From Heteronotia binoei (taxonomy: Eukaryota), in the NCBI RefSeq assembly GCF_032191835.1, contig NC_083231.1:126232001-126296000 (forward strand): a DNA stretch of 64,000 nucleotides, given 5' to 3'. The translations under genes and the position numbers were made by a program. The stretch's first letter is position 1. Each line of letters begins with the position of its first letter. The notes under the pieces were generated by a model, which was given only the letters and a program-made list of their open reading frames with translations, was not told the DNA's origin and searched no databases. Shown one piece after another: positions 54,753-64,000 of this stretch.

Positions 54753-55088
54753 CAGGGCCGGATCTGGGGGGGAGCAGAGGGGGTGCCGCAGGAGGGGGGC
54801 AAATTGGGTATGGAGTCCATTCTGTTCTATGGGCCCATAAAGGAATGTCATTTTTTAATCCCCCCCCCCCCAAAAAAAGAAAACGTAGATCCGGCCAGGG
54901 CTTTTTTGGGAGCAGGAATTTCTTTGCATATTGGGCCACACACCCCTGATGTAGCCAATCCTCCAAGAGCTCCCGGGGCTCTTCGTACAGGGCCTACTGT
55001 AAGCTCTTGGGGGATCGGCTACATCAGGGGTGTGTGGCCTAATATGCAAAGGAGTCCCTGCTCCAAAAAAGCCCTGGATCTGGTCCTG
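54753..55088. mobile_element. hAT MITE (8542 family) with a second MITE nested in its right terminal inverted repeat
   Basis: Starts cagggccggatct, ends tggtcctg; TSD gagcctct / gagcatct. Confidence 0.85.
54896..55076. mobile_element. Fully palindromic MITE (~80-bp arms)
   Basis: cagggctttttt..gatgtagccaatcc / ggatcggctacatc..aaaaaagccctg; TSD gatccggc / gatctggt. Confidence 0.88.
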
Positions 55089-56254
55089 GAGCATCTTTTG
55101 TCCTGTGACTGAGCTGGGCTGGTGCTTGATGGTTCTTTGGACCTCTGGATTATTTCTCTCCATTTCTTGGGTTAGCAGTTGCACCACTCAGCAGTTCCTT
55201 TGTGTTCTACAGAGTTTTGGAATAGTTATGCAGGAAACGTCTTTTAACAGCATCCACATGAAGGTTTTCTGCAACCTGTAATTCCTTCCTGAATCCCTCC
55301 ACTCCTCAGCAGGCAGCGGCGGGGTGGGGGAGGGGGGGAGGGGGCAGGGGAGCAAAACCCAGCTGCTTTGGGAGGGGGCTACCGGCGCTGCAGTGGAGCC
55401 TGGAGAGCCCTCCCCTCCCCACCCCACCCCACGGCTGAGCTGCTCCCATTCCCGCCAGCAGCAGCTGCTGCCGCCGCCTCGCAGTCGCTGCTCTGCTCTC
55501 CTTTCTCCACCTCCGATTTCATGGGGCTCCGCTGGAGGCCCCCACGGCCTTCCGTTCCCAGGGCAGGAATTCCAGGCAGCTGGGGACGGGATAGGCCAGC
55601 CTCCTGGGGCCTTTGGAAGGGCCTGAGCTCCTGCCGCCCCTGGGAGCCGGATTCCTGGCACAGCTGGCAGAGAGAGAGAGGGAGAGGCAGCCTCCTCCGT
55701 GCCCCAGAGGCCGGGTGGGGCGGCTGCCTCCTGCTCGCCCGCTCTCTCTCCCTGGGAAGCGGGGCCCCAGCGTGTGGCTGGAGGGCCTGGGGCCCAGCCA
55801 GCTTTCCAGCCGAAGGACCCATCTTGCCCGGCTGCCCAGTCCAGCTCCAGGGAGCCTCTCTCCCCTGGGCGCGCCCGGCCTCAGGTCTTCTTAGGGAGGG
55901 GAGGGGAGGGGAGGAGGCTTTGTGGCCAGTGGGGAGGCCTCTGTGAGCCGCCTTGGGAGGCCAGGGCCGGCCGGGACTCCTGCCTTGCCTGCGCTCCATG
56001 TGGAAGGGAGGGCAGGAGTTGGGGCCAGTAGTGCACTCCGAAGCCTCTGGCTGCCCCTCCAGCAGCAGCCCGGCTTGGCAAAGCAAAGCTTGTTTCAGGG
56101 TGTCCCCCCCCCTCTTCAGTGCCCCTGGAGGGCAGGACAGGAGGGTGGCAGTGCGGGCCCCTCCTTTCTGCGGGGAGCAAAACCCAGCTGCTTTGGGAGG
56201 GGGCTGCCGGCGATGCAGCGTCTGTCCCCACACGCCCCCCAGAGAGTGCTGAGC

Positions 56255-56650
56255 TCTGGATCCCACCATCTCCTAGTGGTCCCCGGGCTGAAGGGACCTC
56301 CCGGGCTGTGGACCTCCAGGGATCGGGCCTTTTCGGTGGCAGCCCCCGCCTGGTGGAATCAATTGCCGGAAGAGCTTCGGGCCTTCTGGGACCTCGCTCA
56401 GTTCCGCAAGGCCTGCAAGACCGTTCTCTTCCGGCAGGCCTTCAGTTGACCGCAGGAGAATTCTGGAACAACGGTCGTCCTGAGAATATGAGTAACATCT
56501 GATTTGTTAGCACCAACTGTAGATTGTTTTTAATTTATACTGTTTAAGGGTTTTATTGATTTTATGATTGCGATCTTCGTGTACTCTGATCTGCTGTGAG
56601 CCGCCCGGAGCCCCCCTCGGCGGGGAGGGCGGGGTATACATCAAAGGAAA
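56255..56650 (+). mobile_element. L2-clade LINE 3' fragment
   Basis: Encodes [42 protein letters not shown]; same family as 19630-20240. Confidence 0.85.
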
Positions 56651-57471
56651 CCTCAGCATCCGGGCACCAGCGAAGAGAGGCGGCAGGGCACCGGGGGCTC
56701 CCGAAGTGATCCTTAAATACCTGCAGGGGTCTTGGGGGCTGCAGGGTTCGCTGGCTGCTTTGTGTCTCTCCCCCGAGGCCTGCCTGGTGAGAGGCGATCT
56801 TCTCCGGCGAGGACTGCGGCGGGGGGGGGGGGGGCGGTGGAAGTGTGTTGGGGGCCGCAGTGCCGGTTCTGTCTCAGCTCAGCCCACCTCCCCAGGCCGT
56901 TTTTGGGAGGAGCAAGGGGCGGCCGTGCACAGCCCTGCGCTCCCAGGACAAAGGGAAGGGGACAGAAATGTCCCAAATGTGCAGGAGACGGCTGGGGCTC
57001 CTCCCTCTCACCCCCCCCCCCTGCCCTTTCTTCCAAGCTGCGCCGTCCACAGGCTGCCTTCGTGCCTCTCCGACATCCCTCCTTTCCCCACCCTCCGCCC
57101 TCCGGGATGTTTCCCTTTGGAGAACCGAATGGCTTGTCTGCCTCCAATCAACAGGCCCGCTGGTCAGGGATCTTGTTCTCCACAATGGCTGGCCAGTTGC
57201 CCACAAGCAAGGCCGAAGCCTACCTCCGCTTGCTCTCCCCCAACAGCTGAACTGCTCCTGGACACAGAGGCTCTGTGGAAGAGCCGCCAATGCCAAGCGC
57301 AGTCTTCAGAGAGCCCCCCTCAGGTCCCAGCTGAGCCCAGAAGTCCAGTCGAGGTTCTGCCCCTCATCCTGCCTCCCCGGAGGTCCCCGGGCCCTCAGTC
57401 AGCAGCCCTGCCGCTCAGCACCGCCGGAGTCCAGTCAGACACTGCCTTGAAGAGCAATCGCGGGCAGAATC

Positions 57472-57650
57472 CAGGGCCTTTTTTCCGAGCAGGAACGCGG
57501 TTTCGGCTGGCTTGGAGTCAGGGGGTGTGGCCTAATATGCAAAAGAGTTCCTGCAAAGCTTTTCTACAAAAAGGCCCTGTGTGAAACATTTGTGACGTCA
57601 GGAGGTGTGGCTTAATATGCAGATGAGTCCCTGCTGGGCCTTTTCTACAA
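57472..57650. mobile_element. MITE of the 8272 family, reverse orientation
   Basis: Reverse complement of 8272-8468 (ggggtgtggcctaatatgcaaa). Confidence 0.7.
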
Positions 57651-57846
57651 AACAGTCACCTCCCCCCCCAGAGCTCCCCCGCGCCGTTCCTTCCCGGTTG
57701 TCGCCTGCCCCCCCCACCGGAGGATGGCTGTGAGACCCAGAGGCCGCCCAAGGGCTGGGGGGGGGGGTCTGGCTGAGCCCTTCCTTGGCAGCCGCCCTCC
57801 CCCCGCCCCGCTCCGCCCCACAGGCAGTCAGGCAGCCCCCAGCCTC

Positions 57847-57861
57847 CCACCAGATGGCAGC
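57847..57861 (+). promoter_or_regulatory. Consensus CTCF core motif
   Basis: CCACCAGATGGCAGC fits the CTCF core CCASYAGRKGGCRSY at every position; lies between TTC31 and the LBX2 3' end. Confidence 0.6.
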
Positions 57862-58984
57862 GCCGGCCGCGCCGCCTAATGGAATCGTGCGGGGCGCAGA
57901 CAGGGCGGCCGCCAGGGGCCGAGACCCCCCCACCCCAGCTCCCTCAGGAGCCCTCCCCCTCCCGGCCTCTGAAGGCAGCCGAGTTCTGCCCAGCCGGGCT
58001 GCCCCAGTGGGAGGGGGGGGGAAGCGCTCTGCGCATGCCCGGGCGAGGGGAGCCCCGCTTTTGGGACCTACTCAGCGCCCGGCTTAATGAGGAGGGGGGG
58101 GGCTGGGTTTCTACCCGACCTTCCTTCCCTCGGAGAGCGGCTTCCAACCACCTCTCTGCCCTGGGGGGCCGCTGGGGCTGAGCGAGCAGAACTGGGAGTG
58201 GCCCAAGGTCACCCGCCGGCTGCATGCGGGGCGGGGGGAGGGGTGCTCCAGAGTCGGGCAAGATGCTCTGAAGCGGGACCGCGCAGCTGCCCCTCCCCAC
58301 CCTTCCCTTGGCAGCCCCTCCCCCAGCACCGGCAGCCAGGGCGCCCCAACCTAAGCCCCCCCCCGCTCCCCTTCGGGTTATTCTGCCGCCTCCTCCTGCC
58401 CCCACCCCCTCCGGGGTCTTCAGCCTGCCCCTCCCGCTCCCCCGCCGCCCCCCCAGGGCATGGAGCAGAGAGCTGGCGGCGGGCTCAGGTGTCTCTTTTT
58501 ATTCCAACGATTTCCACGCACACACCACCGAGGGGGGGAAGGGGGCCGCGGCCTCCCAGCCCCAGGCCCGCCACCGCCGTCCTGCCGCGAGAAGGGCGGG
58601 CCGGGCCAGAGGAGAGGCCGACAGGAGGGGGGGGGCTGCCCCAAGGCCGGTCGGGCTGGAATGTGCGGCTGTGAGCCCTGTGCGGCGGGCCAGAGACCGG
58701 CCATCGCTCCCCCTCTGCCCGGGGAGAAGGCAGAGACCGAAAGCCGAGCGCCCCGTGGAAGAATTGCACCGGATCCTCCCCGCCTCCCGGTGGCAGCGGG
58801 GGCCGGGAGGGGGGGAGAGCAGTTCAGAGCAGGGGCCGGGCGGCACCAGCGCTGGCTGGGCGTCGGAGGGGTGGGGATGGGGGGGTCCCGCGGGGGCCAG
58901 GCTTCCTGGGGGGGCAGGGGGGTCCGGCAGGCCCTCCCCCTCGGTTCCGCGGGACAGGGAGGGCGGCGGGAGCGCGCCTGGCCC

Positions 58985-61900
58985 TCAGTCCCCCACGTCT
59001 ATCTCTTCGTCGTCGTCGTCCTCGCCGTCGGAGAAGCCGTCCTTGGCGCGGGAGGGCGAGGGGGCTCGAGGCAGGCTGCCGGGGCGGGCGCGGGTGGGCG
59101 GGGGGTCGGGCTCCAGCTCCGGCATGGCGGCCAGCTTCTCCAGGGCGGCGGGGGGCAGTTTCTTGAGGGACTCCACGTCGGCCTTCATCTCCTCCAGGTC
59201 GCGCTTCAGCTTGGCGCGCCGGTTCTGGAACCAGGTGATGACCTGCGCGTTGCTCAGGCCCAGCTGCGCCGCGATGTGGTCTCGGTCGGCCGGCGACAGG
59301 TACTTCTGGTAGAGGAAGCGCTTCTCCAGCTCGTAGACCTGGTGGTTGGTGAAGGCGGTGCGCGACTTCCGACGCTTCTTGGACGGCTGCCGCGGCCCGA
59401 AGGCCCCCAGCGGGTCCCGGCCTGCCAGAGGAGAAGACCAGAAGGAGGCGGCGGGTCAGCGCCGGGCCACCGCACGAGAGCACCTGCCCGCCGCCCCCCA
59501 GGGGGATAAATGGCCGGAGGAAAGGAGGGAGAAACCCCCCGGCCTGGCCTGCCTCGGGGAACCAAGGGGGGGGGGCGCCCGCGGTCAGGCCTAAATGCCG
59601 CTCCCCACCCGCCGTCTTTGGAGACACAGACCGACTTCCAGCTGCTCTGTCTGCCTGCCCGTCTCCCCCCCCCCGCCCCCCGCAGCTCCTTCACCCGACC
59701 TCGGCTGGAGGGAGGACTATCAGGAGGGCGGGCGGGGCGGGGAAAGGTGGGGATCAGGGATTTATTTTTATTTCGTTTATTTATTATATTATATTTGTAT
59801 CCCGCCCTCCCCTGACAGGCTCAGGGCGGCGGACATCAATGAAATGGCTGGGCTGGGCTCAGGCGAGCGAAGCACACGATTGCGGCCCTTGGAACCGCCG
59901 GCTCCAGCCCCCTCCCCGCCCCGCCCCGCCGCCCTCCACCCGGAGCGGGAGCCAGAAGCTCCGTGCAAAACAAAATAAAACAAAAACAACGCGAAAAAAA
60001 TACAAAACAGCGGGGACATTTCATGGCGGGGCAACTTCCCCTATTCTAAACTGTCCGGGACATGTTGGAAATCTAAGGCAGCCCCACACACCCCTCCGCT
60101 CCCCCCGCCGCCCGGCCGGGGCGTTCAGGACACGTCTATCCTGGGGCGGGGGTGGGGGGGCGTCAAGAAATTTTAGAATAAAACTGGAGTTTCACAAGTG
60201 AGTTTGCAACGGCTGGGNNNNNNNNNNNNNNNNNNNNNNNNNNNNNNNNNNNNNNNNNNNNNNNNNNNNNNNNNNNNNNNNNNNNNNNNNNNNNNNNNNN
60301 NNNNNNNNNNNNNNNNNNNNNNNNNNNNNNNNNNNNNNNNNNNNNNNNNNNNNNNAGAGTTGAAGCTCCGTTTGCAAGAAATGCGGCTAACATCGTCCAG
60401 AAATTAATGGGATCACAAACGAAACAAAAGCGCGGAGAATGAGGAAACACAGATTCTCTGGGACTTCCGACTGCAAACAGATAAACACCTGGAGCACACA
60501 CACCCTCCCCACACACCCACATCACAATTGTAGGATCGTGTAACGTGTAATAGGGTTTGGATCACCGACACTGCAATCGCAGGAGGCAGCAGAACAGAAA
60601 AGAAAGAACAAGAGAAGATCACCAAATACCAAGACCCATGAACAGAGAGCCTCTGGGAGAAGGCGGCGACCATCCTGCCAGTTGTCCCTGGAGCCCTTGG
60701 AGCAGCGCCCAGAAGTCTCAAGCAACACCTGGACCTTCTGGGCATGCAGCAAAGAACACCAGCTCAGCTCCAGAAGACCGGTGTTGCTCGGAACAGCAGG
60801 AATCCTACGAAGAAGAAGAGACCTCCGCAGTCCCCGAGAACTGGGCGAGATCTCGAACTGCAGAANNNNNNNNNNNNNNNNNNNNNNNNNNNNNNNNNNN
60901 NNNNNNNNNNNNNNNNNNNNNNNNNNNNNNNNNNNNNNNNNNNNNNNNNNNNNNNNNNNNNNNNNNNNNNNNNNNNNNNNNNNNNNNNNNNNNNNNNNNN
61001 NNNNNNNNNNNNNNNNNNNNNNNNNNNNNGTTACCTACTGTTAGTTACTGTTATGGTTCTTGAGGGTGGAGAGCGAGCCGGATCGTGAGGCCTCTGGTCA
61101 CCGGGCTGTGCGCCGGAAGGGGCATCGGGCCCTCCTTCCTCTCGGGGCAGGAGCCGCCAAGGCGACGCAGCACGCTGGACTCTCACTTCCCCTTGGAAGG
61201 GAAGCGAAGGGCTTCCTCCTCCTCCCCCCTTCCTAATTTCCGAACTAACCGGAGTGCGGGGGGGGGGGGCGAAGGGCCTCCTCTCCACCGACCGCGGGGA
61301 TGTGCAGGCCGAAGGCGGCGAGAGGTCCGGCGGCGCCCGCGAAGCGAGCCCTGGATTCGGTCGGCTGCTCGTTTGCCGGCCAAATCCTCGCCCTGCTGGC
61401 TTTCTCACCAAATCTCCGCGGGGCTTCCCGGCTCTCGCTCTTGTTGCGGGGGGCGGAGAGGGGTGCTGGTGAAGAGGTCGCGGGGGAGTTCTCTTCTTAG
61501 GCGGGGCCCTTTGAGCCTCTCTCGCTGCCCTTGGCGGCTCCGGGGGATAGTGGTTGGGAGCAACAGAAATCGGAGGCAAAACCTGGGAAATAAACTTTCC
61601 AGCCAACCCAGTTGTATCCCAACAGAGCGATTCCAAATAAGCGCGCAAAACCGGAAACAAAACGAAAAACAAAAGAAACAAGCGGATTTAAACGGCTTTT
61701 TCAAGCGCCCGAAGACAATCGCCGCGGTTCTTAGCCGACAGCAGGCCTTTGGGCTTTGAAAGGGTCTTTCCGTCTCTTCCCACCTTTCCCGAACGACGGA
61801 CTCAGCCCCCACCTTCCCAGGGACAGGCTGGCTCAGGAGAAGCAGAGCGAAAAAGAAATCCGTTTTCGCCTGTTGGCTAAGTGGCTTGAAGGGCTTCGGC

Positions 61901-63499
61901 GCCGCCTGCAGCCGCCTCTTCCCGACATCTTGTCGATGCAAAGAAGAACCACCGCGACGGAGGCGGAAAGAAGGCAGNNNNNNNNNNNNNNNNNNNNNNN
62001 NNNNNNNNNNNNNNNNNNNNNNNNNNNNNNNNNNNNNNNNNNNNNNNNNNNNNNNNNNNNNNNNNNNNNNNNNNNNNNNNNNNNNNNNNNNNNNNNNNNN
62101 NNNNNNNNNNNNNNNNNNNNNNNNNNNNNNNNNNNNNNNNNNNNNNNNTGTGTAGCCTCTTGGCTCCTTGAGGTCCGCTTGGCTTCTAGCTGCGGCCTCC
62201 GGAGACCTTTCTCTGGGCAACCCTTGGAGGCCGCGGGCCTTGGAGCGAAGGCCTCCAGGGCGGGGAGGGTTCGGGGGCCGGGTAGAGATTGGAGGCAGCG
62301 GGCTACGGCCCCGCGGGCGCTCCACGGAGCCAGGATCGGGCCGAAGGGGAGGCGCAGCTTTTCTCCGGCCAGGCGGGCCCGCGCCTTTCTGCCGCGGAAC
62401 GCTGGGGCCCGAGGGGGCCTCTGACTTCCCAGGCTCCGTCCAGAGCGCCAAAGCCTCCCACGAACCGGCGCCCCACAACAGTCTTCGGGACCAACCAGCA
62501 AGTCTCGGGCACCTGTTCCATTGGGCTGCCCCTTCCCCCCACCCGGAGCCTCCCGGGGCGCTTCCCAAAGACCCAAACGCGCAGCCCCTGAGGGCGGGGG
62601 TCGGCTCGGGCCTCGCTCTCCCTTCCTCGGCTCCGCCAGAGACAAGAGCGGGCTTTGCCTTCTCGCCCGCCCCCCAGCTGCTCGAAGCCCCGCCGCAGGC
62701 CGCGGAAGGAAAGGCCGCCGCCGCCCCCCATCCTCCGCCCTCCGCTGGGGAAGACCCCACTCGAGTCGCCGCCGCCTCAGGCCGCCTCTCAAGAGCCGAG
62801 GGCGGGGGGGGGGGAGTCCCTAAATGCTTCTCTAGGGACAGAGAGGCCATCGGAAGGACTGCGGCGTCCCAACCTGGCTGCGCCGGGTTGTAGTATCGCT
62901 GCTGTTGTTGTTCTTATTCTTGCTCCTGTTCTTGTTGGGGTTAATCCCAGCAGGGGGGCAAGGGCAGAGTTCTCTCCAGTCCTTTCCCCAGCGCCCCACT
63001 CCGTCTGCCCGCCCGCCTCGCGCTCCCGGGTTGGCGGCTTCCAGGAGAAGCGAGCGGCGGCGGCGGGGCTTGCTTCCTTCTCCTTCCCCGGCGCAAAAGA
63101 GAGCCGGGGTCCTCTCAGCCGGGTGGAGCCGGCTTCCTCTCAGCTTGGCGGCCTGCTGGAGAAGCCCGACGGCCTGAGGCCTTCCATCTTACCTTCGGCA
63201 GCCTGCAGCACGTTGCCCTCGAGGCCTTGGAAGGTTTTGGCTGCCAGCTCCTGGAGGGCGCAGAGCGGCGAGGCCGGGGCGGGCAGACCGGGCCGGGAGG
63301 CGGCGCCCTTGTCCGGCAGGCGGGCCGAGGCGGCCTTGCGGCCCGAGGGCTTGTTGAGGATGTCCTCGATGCCGAAGGGGGTCAGCGGCTTGTTGGAGTT
63401 GGCGGGAGGCGGCAGCTGGTCCAGGGGGTTGCGCGGCCTCTCCTCTGCGCCCCCGCCGCTCGCGGGCGTCGCCGCTTTCGCTGCCTCGGCCGTGGTCAT
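58985..63499 (-). CDS. LBX2: Ladybird homeobox 2, 2 exons, ~247 aa
   Basis: Exon 1 63499-63193 (eh1 motif FGIEDIL, SPLCALQELAAKTFQGLE), GTAAG donor. Exon 2 59421-58985 (homeodomain KRRKSRTAFTNHQVYELEKRFLYQKYLSPADRD..WFQNRRAKLKR; C-terminus EEIDVGD). LBX2 rather than LBX1 is assigned by synteny with TTC31 and CCDC142. Confidence 0.93.
60218..62148. other. Three assembly gaps (N runs at ~60218-60355, ~60866-61029, ~61978-62148) in the LBX2 intron
   Basis: N runs are directly visible. Confidence 0.99.
60435..60815 (+). mobile_element. Degraded R4/Dong-clade non-LTR retrotransposon 3' end (restriction-like endonuclease) in the LBX2 intron
   Basis: Across frameshifts it reads ENEETQILWDFRLQTDKHLEH..IAGGSRTEKKEQEKITKYQD..SLWEKAATILPVVPGALGAAPRSLKQHLDLLG..QLQK..LLGTAGILRR. 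Confidence 0.75.
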
Positions 63500-64000
63500 T
63501 GCCGGGGGGAGGGGGAGGGGGGAGAGGGAGAGGGACGGGAAGCCCCCCCAGCCTGCCCCCCGCTCCCCGAGCAGGGACCGGGGGCTCAGCGCCGTCTGGG
63601 GCTCATGCTGCCGCCGCCACGGGTTGCCCAGAGGGTGAGACAGGCCCCGCCCGCCTCCTCCAGCCGCTGCTCCAGGCGCCGCAGCCAGCGGGAGTCCGGC
63701 CGGGAGAGCCCCTGCCCCGCCCCCTGCCCCCCCGCCCCGCCCCGGCCTGGCCTGGCCTGGCCCGGGGCTTCCCCTGCCGTCGGGTCTTTCCAGTCGCTGG
63801 CTGCAGACGAGCGGGTTCAGCCGCAGCCAAGCCCCGCCGGCGCTCCAGCCTTAAAGGCGCAGGGCTGGGCCACCAATTGGGCACCCGAGGAGGAGGAGCC
63901 AGCGCGGAAGGGAGAGCAAAGTTTCAGGGCTGGGGGGGGGGAGGAGGGGAGGGGACGGGAGGGGTTCTCCTTCTCAGGCCAGCCAGAGCGGGCGAAGGCG

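Noticed and set aside
55350-56220. ~50-bp direct repeat (gggagcaaaacccagctgctttgggagggggct) about 820 bp apart
   Set aside because: Short two-copy local duplication with no ORF, TSD or LTR features between the copies.
57413-57435. REST/NRSF site (ctcagcaccgccggag)
   Set aside because: Only the left half matches; the GGACAG half is missing.

Overview
Vertebrate genomic DNA from a squamate reptile (lizard, possibly a gecko; inferred from Sauria/Squam SINEs, BovB and the CR1 subfamilies). It is GC-rich, gene-dense and has three N gaps. The window is syntenic with human 2p13.1. Left to right: RTKN 5' part (minus; two known alternative first exons plus a candidate third), WBP1 (+), MOGS (-), a complete PDCD4 paralog (-), CCDC142 (-), TTC31 (+, with a C-terminal RRM) and LBX2 (-). 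All exon chains were hand-spliced and are phase-consistent. INO80B and MRPL53, which lie in this block in human, were not found. Top observation: the PDCD4 paralog sits where human has MRPL53, is probably a whole-genome-duplication ohnolog absent from the human locus, keeps the eIF4A-binding and kinase sites, and lacks the DSGxxxS phosphodegron. Second: CR1 retrotransposon copies end in tandem arrays of their own 67-nt 3' terminus, which suggests reiterative, telomerase-like reverse transcription. No CRISPR array, tRNA gene or rRNA gene is supported.
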